From contig CAVYIM010000003.1 of NCBI GenBank assembly GCA_963768655.1, forward strand, positions 32,001-96,000: a stretch of 64,000 nt of DNA, given 5' to 3'. The position numbers and the translations under genes are program-made. Positions within the stretch are counted from its first letter, which is position 1. The number at the start of each line of letters is the position of its first letter. This DNA is from an uncultured Chloroflexia bacterium (GTDB taxonomy: Bacteria > Chloroflexota > Limnocylindria > Limnocylindrales > CSP1-4). Positions 9,570 through 18,213 of the stretch are shown piece after piece. The notes beneath the pieces were generated by a model that saw nothing but the letters and a program-made list of their open reading frames with translations, was not told the DNA's origin and did no database searches.

Positions 9570-11000
9570 ATGAGCAGCCAGACCAGGCGGCGTCCCACCG
9601 GCGCCAACACATCACTCACGTTCCGCACGTTCCTCGCCCTCTCGGCGGGGAAGGCCGCCGCCCGCGCCACTCAGCTGGCGGGGCGCGGGGGCGGCACGTC
9701 GATCACGGGCATGGTGGCCCGTCGGCTCGATCCGCACGTCCTGCGCAAGATCGTCCTGGACCGCGGCGAGCCGGTGGTCGCGATCACCGGCAGCAACGGC
9801 AAGACGACCACCGCCCGCTTCACCGCCGCGCTGCTCCGGGGCGAGGGCGTGACCGTCAGCCACAACTCGGCCGGCGCGAACCTCGTGCAGGGCGTCACCA
9901 GTCTCGCCGTCACCTACGCCAGCATTCGCGGCCGCCTGCCCGGAGGTGTCCTCGTCGTCGAGGTCGACGAGGGCGCGCTGCCCAAGGTCGCGCCGGAGCT
10001 GGCGCCGCGGGCGCTCCTCGTGACGGATCTCTTCCGCGACCAGCTGGACCGCTTCGGCGAGATCTACGCCGTGGCGGACGCGATCGAGTCGGTCGCGGTC
10101 GCCCTGCCGGCGGACGCCGCCCTCGTCGTCAACGCCGACGACCCGATGGTCGCCACCATGGCATCCGGGCGCGAAGGTGCGCGCGTCACCTTCGGCCTGG
10201 AGCTCGACCGCTCGACCGACCAGATCACCCGCGCCGCCGATACGATCCGCTGCCCGAGATGCAAGGCCGACCTGACGTACCGCCACGTCTACCTCTCGCA
10301 CATGGGCGACTACGAGTGTGCCGCCTGCGGCCTGCGGCGGCCCAACCTGGACGTCGCCGTCACCTCGCTGGAAGTCGTCGGGCTCGATCGGACGCGCTGC
10401 GAGATCCGGACGCCGTCGGGCAAGCTTGCGATCGAGATCCCGCAACCGGGCGTGCACATCGCCTACGACGCCGCGGGCGCGATCGCCATCCTCGTCGGCC
10501 TCGGCGTCCCGCTCGAGCATGCCGCCGCATCGCTGGCCTCGGTCGGTCCCGCCTTCGGCCGCCTGGAGAAGATCGACGCGGACGGGCGTTCGATCGTTCT
10601 CGCCTTCGCCAAGAACCCGACTTCCTACAACACGACCCTGCGCGCGCTGGCGACCGAGGGCGAGCCGCGCCAGCTGCTCATCGCCGCCTCGAACACCCTG
10701 GTCGACGGCGAGGACTTCGGCTGGCTGTGGGACGTCGACTTCGAGTCGATGGCGCCCAGGGTCGAACGGGCGGTCGTCTCCGGCCTTCGGGCGGACGAGC
10801 TGGCGAACCGGCTCAAGTACGCCGGCCTATCGCCCCGCAAGATGACCATCGTCGAGGATCGATGCGACGCCCTGGAGGCGGCGCTGGACGGCCTGCCGGC
10901 CGAGCGGCGTCTGGTCGTGCTGTCCGGCTACACGCCGCTGATCGAGATCCGCAACGAGATGCGGCGGCGGGGCTGGACCGGGAGGTACTGGGAAGTATGA
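9570..11000 (+). CDS. murT: Lipid II isoglutaminyl synthase subunit MurT (Mur ligase family)
   Basis: P-loop ITGSNGKTTT, EVDEG, LFRDQLDRFGE, CPRC/CAAC zinc finger, PAFGRLE, AKNP and DGEDFGWLWDVDFE. The ATG at 9570 is preferred to the upstream TTG. Confidence 0.93.
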   Translation: MSSQTRRRPTGANTSLTFRTFLALSAGKAAARATQLAGRGGGTSITGMVARRLDPHVLRKIVLDRGEPVVAITGSNGKTTTARFTAALLRGEGVTVSHNSAGANLVQGVTSLAVTYASIRGRLPGGVLVVEVDEGALPKVAPELAPRALLVTDLFRDQLDRFGEIYAVADAIESVAVALPADAALVVNADDPMVATMASGREGARVTFGLELDRSTDQITRAADTIRCPRCKADLTYRHVYLSHMGDYECAACGLRRPNLDVAVTSLEVVGLDRTRCEIRTPSGKLAIEIPQPGVHIAYDAAGAIAILVGLGVPLEHAAASLASVGPAFGRLEKIDADGRSIVLAFAKNPTSYNTTLRALATEGEPRQLLIAASNTLVDGEDFGWLWDVDFESMAPRVERAVVSGLRADELANRLKYAGLSPRKMTIVEDRCDALEAALDGLPAERRLVVLSGYTPLIEIRNEMRRRGWTGRYWEV

Positions 11001-11845
11001 GCGAGCCGAGCCGCCCGCCGGCCAGGTCCCGCCGGCGACCCGAGGAGCACGATCACCGCCCGCTCCGGATCGCCCACCTGTACCCGTCGTTGCTGAACGT
11101 GGCCGGGGACGGCGGCAATCTCATCGCCATCGCGCGCCGCGCCGAGTGGCGGGGCATCCCCGTCGAGGTCACGGCCGTCGAGAAGGGCGAGACGCCCGAC
11201 TTCCGCAAATTCGACGTGGTCCTGTTCCACGGCGGCCAGGACGTCGAGATGGCGGTCGCGGCCGAGGACTTCGCGACCAAGGCGCCGTCCCTGCGCGAGG
11301 CCGTGGGCGACGGAGTACTGGTTTTCGCCGTGTGCGCGGGGCTGCAGCTGCTCGGCCACCGTTACATATCGAACGCGGGCGAGGAGATGCTCGGGGCCGG
11401 GATCCTGGACCTGGAGACACGCGGCGGGCCGCAGCGCTTCATGCAGCACGCCGCCTGCGAGGTGACGATCGACGGCGCCACGGAGACGGTCGTCGGCTTC
11501 GAGAACCACTCCGGCCTCACGGAGCTCGGGCCGGGCTGCGAGGCCTTCGGCCAGGTGGTCGCGGGCGCGGGCAACAACGGCCGCGACGGCCTGGAGGGCG
11601 CGCGGGCGGCCAACGTTTTCGCCACGTACCTGCACGGCCCCGTGCTGCCGAAGAATCCGTGGCTGACAGATCGGCTGATCGAGATCGCGGTGTCGCGAGC
11701 GGAGGGCGCACCCTTTACGCTCGCCCCGCTGGACGACGAGATCGAGCTGCGGGCTCACGAAGTCGCCCTCGCCAAGGCGATGGCGAACCGCGGCCGCCGC
11801 ACCGCCCTCGAGCCGGCCCGGCTGGTGAGGGGCCTGAAGAAGTAG
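10997..11845 (+). CDS. gatD: Glutamine amidotransferase subunit GatD (CobQ-like)
   Basis: HLYPSLLNVAGDGGN, GGQD, catalytic Cys in VCAGLQLLG, GFENHSG and TYLHGPVLPKNP. ATGA overlap with the murT stop. Confidence 0.93.
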   Translation: MSEPSRPPARSRRRPEEHDHRPLRIAHLYPSLLNVAGDGGNLIAIARRAEWRGIPVEVTAVEKGETPDFRKFDVVLFHGGQDVEMAVAAEDFATKAPSLREAVGDGVLVFAVCAGLQLLGHRYISNAGEEMLGAGILDLETRGGPQRFMQHAACEVTIDGATETVVGFENHSGLTELGPGCEAFGQVVAGAGNNGRDGLEGARAANVFATYLHGPVLPKNPWLTDRLIEIAVSRAEGAPFTLAPLDDEIELRAHEVALAKAMANRGRRTALEPARLVRGLKK

Positions 11846-11948
11846 CTGAGAGTCGAGGCGGCGCGGCGGGGCGCGGCGCGGGCCGCGTAGAGGGCGGCCG
11901 CCGGCCGGGCGCACAGCCCAGGAAGCCCAGCGCTACTCGCCGCCGCGC

Positions 11949-11985
11949 GCGAAGATTGAACGGTTGATGGCGGTTCGGCCGTAGA
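11949..11985 (+). promoter_or_regulatory. Putative ECF-sigma promoter (TGAAC-N18-CGTA)
   Basis: It matches the ECF-type -35 GAAC and -10 CGT elements directly upstream of the sigma gene. The same 17-mer GCGAAGATTGAACGGTT recurs at 14488. Confidence 0.6.
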
Positions 11986-12014
11986 TCGAGTGACCGCAAT
12001 CGCGAGGGAGACCG

Positions 12015-12554
12015 GTGATCGAATTCGCCAGCGTGCAGCCGCGCGAGGATGACCGCGTAGCCGAGTTGCTGCTGGCCGGCGTCCCCGAAGCCCACAGGCT
12101 CGCCGCCTCGATCCTGCGCGACCCGATCGGCGCCGAGGACGCCGTCCAGGACGCGCTCCTGCGGGCGTGGAACAGGCGCCGAAGCATTCGGTTCGAGGCG
12201 GGCGAGCCGCATCGCTGGTTCATTCGGATCGTTGTCAACGTCTGCCGGGACGAGCTCCGCCGCAGGCGCCGCCAGCCCGTGGCCACGATCCAGCCGCTCG
12301 CGGCCGGCGAGCCGGTGGCCGAGTCCGCCTGGACGACCGCGGAACACGACGACCTCGATCGGGTCATCGGGCACCTCAAGGAGGACGAGCAGATCGTGCT
12401 TGGCTTGCGGTTCGGGCGCGACCTGACGGTCCCCCAGATCGCGGCTCAGCTGGGCCTGCCCGAAGGCACCGTCAAGTCCCGGCTCCACTACGCGCTTGAA
12501 CACGTCCGGGCCGCGCTCGATGCCGAGCGCCGGGCGGAGGAGCAGAAGCGATGA
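12015..12554 (+). CDS. ECF-family RNA polymerase sigma-70 factor
   Basis: Region 2 AEDAVQDALLRAW...WFIRIVVNVCRD and region 4 LTVPQIAAQLGLPEGTVKSRLHYA. RBS GAGGGAG precedes the GTG. Confidence 0.93.
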   Translation: MIEFASVQPREDDRVAELLLAGVPEAHRLAASILRDPIGAEDAVQDALLRAWNRRRSIRFEAGEPHRWFIRIVVNVCRDELRRRRRQPVATIQPLAAGEPVAESAWTTAEHDDLDRVIGHLKEDEQIVLGLRFGRDLTVPQIAAQLGLPEGTVKSRLHYALEHVRAALDAERRAEEQKR

Positions 12555-14369
12555 ACGGCCCCGATCTCGAAACCAGGCTCCGCTCCTACTACGAGACCTG
12601 CCAGCCGAAGGACTCCGCCCGTCTGATGGTGGGCTCCCGGACGGTGCTGGACGACGCTCGCCGGTCACGGCCGAGGTTCGCGCTCTGGGGCGGCCTGAGG
12701 CTGGCCGCGACACTCGCCATCGCCGTGGCTCTGCTGGCGGTCCTGGTGCTGCCGCGATTGGGCTCCGTGGTCGTACCGGCGGCGCAGTCCTCCTTCGACC
12801 CGGCCACGGCGGCGAACGCGTCGCTCGACCAGGCAGGGCTGATGCGCTCGGGCGGCATCTGGGCGGTCGCGGGTTCGTACCTGCTGACCTCCACCGACAA
12901 CGGCGCCTCATGGCGTGCCGGCGACCTTCCGGACGGGGATGGGGCCGGGGGGAAGGTCTTCGTGCTCGAATTCGAACCATGCCTGGGCAGTCTCCGGCTA
13001 CGGCGCCTGGTGCAACGGCAGCTGCCAGCTGGTCTTCGATCGAACGAGCGACGGCGGCCGAACCTGGAGCCAATCGTCAGTGTCGAGTGAGTATTCGTGC
13101 GATCAGGCGACGTTGTCGTTCGTCGACGCCGTTCGCGGATTCCTGATGTGCGCGGCCTACGCTCAGCCCACAAGCACCGGTCCGGGTGTCACCGTCCCCG
13201 TCATCAAGGGCTCGGGCACGCTTCTGCGGACGGTCGACGGCGGCGCGACCTGGTCGATCGTGAGCCACGCCACGGGCCTCGGCGCCGACTTCACCGCCAG
13301 CGACGCGGACACGCTCTGGTCGGCGGAGGACTACTCGTCGTCGTCGCTCGACGGAGCGGCTCTGTACGTGAGCAGGGACGCGGGCGCGACCTGGTCCAGC
13401 GTCGATCTGCCAGAGCTGGCGACACTCCCTGTGGGACTCGGGCCGGTTGGCGCAACTGAAGGGTCTCAGGCGGGGGACTGCGGCGGACCAACCTTCCTGG
13501 ACGCGTCTCACGGCGCATTCGCGGTCGAAGTCTCCCCGATCAGCGACCCCTGGTCCCTGACGGTCTGGTTCTACAGGACGTCGGACGGCGGCCGATCGTG
13601 GACCCTGGCCAAGAAGACGGTTCACGCCGGCGCGTCTATCAACGATCCTCTCGCGATGGTCGGCCGCGAGTGGGTGATCATCGGGACGAACACCGACACC
13701 GGCCTGACGACGAGCGGCGACTTCGGGGCCAGCTGGACGGACGTGCCTGGCAGCGGCCTTCCGACAGACAACATCGAGCACCCCTTCGCGCCGCTCTTCA
13801 GCTGGGTTGACTTCACCGATCGCGACCATGGGGCCGCAGTGATCAACTACGAGTCCGGGGACACGAGCTTCGAGCCGCTGATGCTGTCATCGGACGGCGG
13901 CCGGACGTGGCACCCGGCGAACTTCGGCGACGCGCGCGCGAAGGTGCCGGCAAATCCGGCGCTGGACCCGACCACGGCGCAGGAAGCGGTCGATGAGTTC
14001 GAGAGGATGGCACGGCCGGATCCCCAGGCGCCGTACGTGGCCTCGGACGAGCAGCTGGCCTGGAGCCTGCTTTCGCCGTACTCCCAACAGTCGTTCGGCA
14101 GCGTCTCGGCGTTCAATTCGGCCGAGAGTGCGCTCTCTACATGGGCGGCGGCCGATCAGGTCGGCCAGGCGACACAGAGCCCGAGCATGCTCAGTCGGGC
14201 AAGTCTGGGCGCGAGCGTATGGGACGATCTGAACAGCCACGCGGACATGAGCCGCGCCTACGTGGTCCAGGCGACCTCCGCGGATGCCTCGAAGCCGGCA
14301 CAGACGTTCGTCGCCGCGCCGCTGGGCGCCACCGGGGAGTGGCGCGTCTGGGTCGTGACGACGCCGTAG
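12551..14369 (+). pseudogene. Membrane-anchored Asp-box/BNR beta-propeller protein (putative anti-sigma/sensor), split by a +1 frameshift at about 12970
   Basis: ORF 12551-13090 has DLETRLR, a TM helix and STDNGASW. ORF 12915-14369 has repeated TxDGGxTW Asp-boxes. Removing one A from CTCGAATTCGAAC joins them as ...KVFVLDSNHAWAV..., giving about 605 aa. Confidence 0.75.
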
Positions 14370-14391
14370 GCTGGGCGCGGGCGCGGCGCAG

Positions 14392-14458
14392 CCCGGGTGT
14401 GGCGCGACCCGGCCGTGTGGCGCGGCCCCGGCCGTGTGGCGCGGCCCCGGCGTGGCGC
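14392..14458. repeat. Short tandem repeat, about 3.5 x 19 bp (CGGCCGTGTGGCGCGGCCC)
   Basis: Two perfect units (14410-14447) with degenerate flanking copies and no spacers. Confidence 0.8.
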
Positions 14459-14487
14459 AGATCGTGTCGCGCGGCAGCCGCCCCGGA

Positions 14488-14524
14488 GCGAAGATTGAAC
14501 GGTTCGCGGGAACGGGACCGTCAA
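14488..14524 (+). promoter_or_regulatory. Second copy of the putative ECF promoter (TGAAC-N18-CGTC)
   Basis: 17/17 identity to 11949-11965 and the same 18-nt spacer to the CGT -10 element. Confidence 0.6.
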
Positions 14525-14621
14525 TCAGGTGTGAGCCGGGTTCGACCGAACTGAGGCGCCAGCCGCGAATCCTCCGGGCCGCCGGCGGAGTGCCGGCGCC
14601 GGTGGGACAACGAGGGAGGCT

Positions 14622-14800
14622 ATGCTCGACGAGGTCACGACGATGCGGCGCAGCCGCGACGACGAAGTCGCCGAGCTGCTGCGGGCGCGTGCCGCCGAGG
14701 CGCATCGCCTGGCGGCGTGGATCCTGCGCGGTCCCGTCGGGGCCGAGGATGCCATTCAGGAAACGGCCCTGATCGCATGGCGCCGTCCTGCTGCCCTGAG
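14622..14800 (+). pseudogene. Truncated ECF sigma factor paralog (region 2 start only)
   Basis: DDEVAELLRARAAEAHRLAAWILRGPVGAEDAIQETALIAWRR aligns with DDRVAELLLAGVPEAHRLAASILRDPIGAEDAVQDALLRAWNR of the 12015 sigma. Homology stops where the convergent ABC permease ends. RBS GAGGGAGG is present. Confidence 0.8.
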
Positions 14801-14803
14801 GCT

Positions 14804-15571
14804 CTACAGCTCCTGCCGCCGGAAGACCAGCCACGTGGCGCCGAAGAGCGCCGGCACGAGGGCGATGTTGAAGAGCAGCGGGCCCGCGAAGTTGCCGGCG
14901 TCGTTGCCCAGCGCCAGGTCCGACGCGGGGGTGAGGAGCGCCAGCGGCGACCACGGCCCGATGACGGGGATCGCGGCCAGGAGGCCCAGGACCAGCAGCG
15001 CGACCATGCCCAGGCCGGCCGCGGCGATCGCGGATCGCGAGATCGTGCTGCCCAGCAAAGTGATGGCGGTGAAGATGACCAGGGTCCACCACATGATCGC
15101 GGCCATCGCCACGTAGCCGCCGAGCGGGAAGGCGGACGGGTACAGCACCACGGTGTAGACGTAGCCCAGCCCGCAGCCGAGGATGACCGCCAGGCCCAGG
15201 TTGAGTGAGATCGCCGTCAGCTTGGCGGCGAGGAACGCGGCCCGCGACGCCGGCTTGGTCATGATCATCCCGGCCGTGCCGCGTTCCTTCTCCCAGGCCA
15301 CGGAGCCCATGCCCAGGAGCAGCGCGCAGATCACGCCGAACTCGGACAGGTTCTTGATGATCTGGCCGAGGTCGCCGGTCAGCGATGGCGGTGGCACCGC
15401 GATGGTGAAGCCGCCGCTCTGGCTGCCGACGGCGTCGATCAGCTCCTTCATGTAGCGATCGGTCAGCGGACCGATGATTCCGAACAGGACGAATACCGCC
15501 GCGACCGCGATGAGTCGGCCGGTCCGCACCTGCTCGCGCAGCTCCTTGATGAGCAGCACCCGGAAACCCAT
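14804..15571 (-). CDS. ABC-2 type transporter permease (YxlG-like)
   Basis: MGFRVLLIKELREQVRT start, GSVAWEKERGT...TKPASRAAFLAAK motif and about 6 TM helices. TGATG coupling to the upstream ATPase. Confidence 0.88.
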   Translation of the reverse strand: MGFRVLLIKELREQVRTGRLIAVAAVFVLFGIIGPLTDRYMKELIDAVGSQSGGFTIAVPPPSLTGDLGQIIKNLSEFGVICALLLGMGSVAWEKERGTAGMIMTKPASRAAFLAAKLTAISLNLGLAVILGCGLGYVYTVVLYPSAFPLGGYVAMAAIMWWTLVIFTAITLLGSTISRSAIAAAGLGMVALLVLGLLAAIPVIGPWSPLALLTPASDLALGNDAGNFAGPLLFNIALVPALFGATWLVFRRQEL

Positions 15572-16863
15572 CACCGCCGTCCCCTCCCGTCGAGACCCCA
15601 CGCCGGAATGGCGACAGGTGGCGCGGTCTGCAGGCCGCTCTCGGCGACAAGGCGCAGGAAGACGTCCTCCAGGCTCGGTCGGGCCCGCTCGTACCGGATC
15701 AGGCTGACCCCGCTCAAGACCACCAGCGGCAGGATCGCCGGCCCGGCGACCTTCGGATCGTTGACGAAGACTCGGACGGTGTCCGGCGTGGTTCGAACCT
15801 CCTGCGCCCACGCCTGACCGCGCATGGCGCCGGCCAGCCGTTCGATGGCGCCGTCCTGCTGCGGTTCGGGCTCGAGCTCGTAGATTGGCTGGGCGTAGCG
15901 GTCGAGCAGCTCGTCGATCGGACCTTCGACCACCAGGTGGCCGACGTTGAGGATCGCGACCCGATCGCAGACCCGCTCGACGTCGTTGAGGATGTGCGTG
16001 CTCATGAAGACGGTGGCCGTGCCGCGGAGACGGGAGATGATCTCCAGGATGTCGCGGCGGCCCTCCGGGTCGAGCGAGCTGACCGGCTCGTCCAGGAACA
16101 GGACGCGGGGCTGATTGATGAGCGCCTGCCCGATTCCGAGGCGCTGGCGCATGCCCCCGGAGTAGCCGCCGATGCGCCGGTACGCGGCGTCGTTCAGACC
16201 CACGATCTCCAGCACCTCGCCGACCCGCTGCCGCAGCGCCGCCCCGTGGAGACCGTGCAGCTGACCGACCATGTTCAGCAGCTCGCGGCCCCGCATCCAG
16301 CCGTAGAAGCGCGGGTCCTGATCCAGATACCCGATGTTGCGCGCCAGTTCGCCGCCCGCCCCGCCGATCCGCACGCCGGCCACGGTGCCCGTGCCCTCGG
16401 TGGCGGTGGCCAGGCCGGCCAGGAGGCGCAGGGTCGTCGTCTTGCCCGCGCCGTTGGGCCCGAGGAAACCGAAGACGCTGCCGCTCGGGACGTTGAGGTT
16501 CAGGTTCTCGAGAGCGACCACGCCCTGCGGGTACCGCTTAGTCAGGCCGGTCGTGGAGATGGCCGCGTCCGTGCCCTCGGTGAGCCGGGGCCACGTGGCG
16601 AGGATGCGGGCGATCGATTCAGCCGGAGTTGCGCCGACGCCGCCGGTCCCGCCGCTCTCGGCGCCGCGCAATTCGTCGCGACCGACGAAGAAGTAGATCA
16701 GCGGGCCGATGATGTTGACGAAGGCGATGACGAGCGCCCAGATGATCTTGTCGCCCCGAACCCGGCGATCCTCCTGGAAGAGGTCGTACAGGGCGTACAG
16801 CATCAGCCCGACCTGGATGATCAGGAACGGCACCAGCACCAGGGCGATCGTCGTGGCATCCAT
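15571..16863 (-). CDS. ABC transporter ATP-binding protein with N-terminal PLDc_N-like two-TM domain (YxlE+YxlF-like fusion)
   Basis: N-terminal ALYDL...DKIIWALVIAFVNIIGPLIYFFVGR. Walker A GPNGAGKTT, signature YSGGMRQR, Walker B FLDEP, switch STH and C-terminal PSLEDVFL. Confidence 0.9.
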   Translation of the reverse strand: MDATTIALVLVPFLIIQVGLMLYALYDLFQEDRRVRGDKIIWALVIAFVNIIGPLIYFFVGRDELRGAESGGTGGVGATPAESIARILATWPRLTEGTDAAISTTGLTKRYPQGVVALENLNLNVPSGSVFGFLGPNGAGKTTTLRLLAGLATATEGTGTVAGVRIGGAGGELARNIGYLDQDPRFYGWMRGRELLNMVGQLHGLHGAALRQRVGEVLEIVGLNDAAYRRIGGYSGGMRQRLGIGQALINQPRVLFLDEPVSSLDPEGRRDILEIISRLRGTATVFMSTHILNDVERVCDRVAILNVGHLVVEGPIDELLDRYAQPIYELEPEPQQDGAIERLAGAMRGQAWAQEVRTTPDTVRVFVNDPKVAGPAILPLVVLSGVSLIRYERARPSLEDVFLRLVAESGLQTAPPVAIPAWGLDGRGRR

Positions 16864-16906
16864 GGCGCTGAGTTTCGCACGCCGCCGGTGTCATTGCCTC
16901 GCTCTT

Positions 16907-16984
16907 GCGGCCGAAGCCCGGCGCGGCCGAAGCCCGGCGCGGCCGAAGCCCGGCGCGGCCGAAGCCCGGCGCGGCCGAAGCCCG
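16907..16984. repeat. Perfect intergenic tandem repeat, 4.9 x 16 bp (GCGGCCGAAGCCCGGC)
   Basis: Head-to-tail identical units at 16907, 16923, 16939 and 16955, with a partial unit at 16971. Confidence 0.92.
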
Positions 16985-16989
16985 CAGCT

Positions 16990-17589
16990 TCAGGCGCCTG
17001 ACGGCCTGCGGATCGTCGAGGGGTCCGGCAGCGGCAGGTCCGGCCGGACGAGGGTCACCCAGTCGCGCAACGCGCGGACGCTGGTCTCGAACGCGATCTC
17101 GGGCCACGGGATCGCATCCGCGGCGAAGGGCCGCGTCTCCTGCGACTCGCGGGTGATTCCGGGCTTGCCGCCGACGATCCGAGCCTCGAAAGCGATGACG
17201 ACCACGGCCGCCTGAACGCGCGAATAGAGACCGACGATGGCGCCGGGTTCAACCTGCAGGCCGGTCTCCTCGAGCGTCTCGCGTATCGCCGCCTCTCGGA
17301 CGGTCTCGTCGATCTCGAGGAAGCCGCCCGGCTGGGCCCACTGCCCACGCCCCGGTTCGATACCCCTTCGGATCAGCATCACTTCGCCCCTGTCCGTGAT
17401 GGGCAGCGTGGTGACGACCAGGCGCGGATTGACGTAGAACACGAACCCACAGCCCGGGCAGGCGAGGCGGTCGCGCTCCTCGCCCTCGATGGGGCCGAAC
17501 GCGAGCCGGCCGCCGCAGCGCGAGCAGAACCGGACCATCGGCTCGAGCCAGTCCGGCACGTCGCCGGGGCCGAATCGGACCTCGCTCAT
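16990..17589 (-). CDS. NUDIX hydrolase with N-terminal zinc ribbon
   Basis: RFCSRCG...CPGCGFVFYVNP and Nudix box GGFLEIDETVREAAIRETLEETGL. Confidence 0.9.
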   Translation of the reverse strand: MSEVRFGPGDVPDWLEPMVRFCSRCGGRLAFGPIEGEERDRLACPGCGFVFYVNPRLVVTTLPITDRGEVMLIRRGIEPGRGQWAQPGGFLEIDETVREAAIRETLEETGLQVEPGAIVGLYSRVQAAVVVIAFEARIVGGKPGITRESQETRPFAADAIPWPEIAFETSVRALRDWVTLVRPDLPLPDPSTIRRPSGA

Positions 17590-17640
17590 CGGTCGGGCTC
17601 GATCGCGCTCCACCGGGTCCCGAGCCTCGGCTGCGGGAAG

Positions 17641-18153
17641 CTAGCGTTCACCGTGGAGGTCGACATTCGACGCGTCGTCTTCGACCGAGCGCGTCTGGGC
17701 GTCGCGGTAGGCCTGCAGCCGCCCGCGCAGCGCCGGGTCGGAGAGAGCCAGGATCTCGGCCGCGAGCAGGGCCGCATTCTCCGCGCCACCGACGGCGACC
17801 GTGGCGACGGGGATCCCCTTGGGCATCTGGACGATCGAAAGGAGCGAATCCAGGCCGCCCGCCACCTGCGTCGGGATGGGCACGCCGACGACCGGGAGGA
17901 TCGTCTTCGCCGCCACGACGCCCGGCAGGTGCGCCGCCCCGCCCGCGCCAGCGATGAACACCCGAATGCCCCGCGCCTCCGCGCCGCCGACGAAACGGGA
18001 GAGCAGGTCCGGTGCCCGATGCGCCGATATGGCGTGCAGCTCGCACGGCACCTCGAGCCTGTCCAACAGCTCGACCGCCTTCTCCATCACAGGGAAGTCC
18101 GAACGGCTGCCGCAGACGATCCCGACCCGCCCTGCTGTCTCGTGCTCGGCCAT
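17641..18153 (-). CDS. purE: N5-carboxyaminoimidazole ribonucleotide mutase
   Basis: GSRSD, SAHR, IAGAGGAAHLPG and DSLLSIVQMPKGIPVATV motifs. Confidence 0.96.
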   Translation of the reverse strand: MAEHETAGRVGIVCGSRSDFPVMEKAVELLDRLEVPCELHAISAHRAPDLLSRFVGGAEARGIRVFIAGAGGAAHLPGVVAAKTILPVVGVPIPTQVAGGLDSLLSIVQMPKGIPVATVAVGGAENAALLAAEILALSDPALRGRLQAYRDAQTRSVEDDASNVDLHGER

Positions 18154-18213
18154 GCTGTCTCCATCGCGCTGATGTACCCGATTATGGCGCCCCCGCCGCT
18201 CCGCGGCCCAGTC

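Noticed and set aside
9407-11845. 812-aa ORF as an N-terminally extended or fused GatD
   Set aside because: The first ~530 aa are an off-frame shadow of murT. GatD starts at the ATGA overlap at 10997. The same applies to the 41073-43601 ORF, whose true start is 41808.
16907-16984. Repeats here and at 14392-14458 as possible CRISPR arrays
   Set aside because: The units are head-to-tail with no unique spacers and are only 16-19 bp long. No cas genes are in the window.
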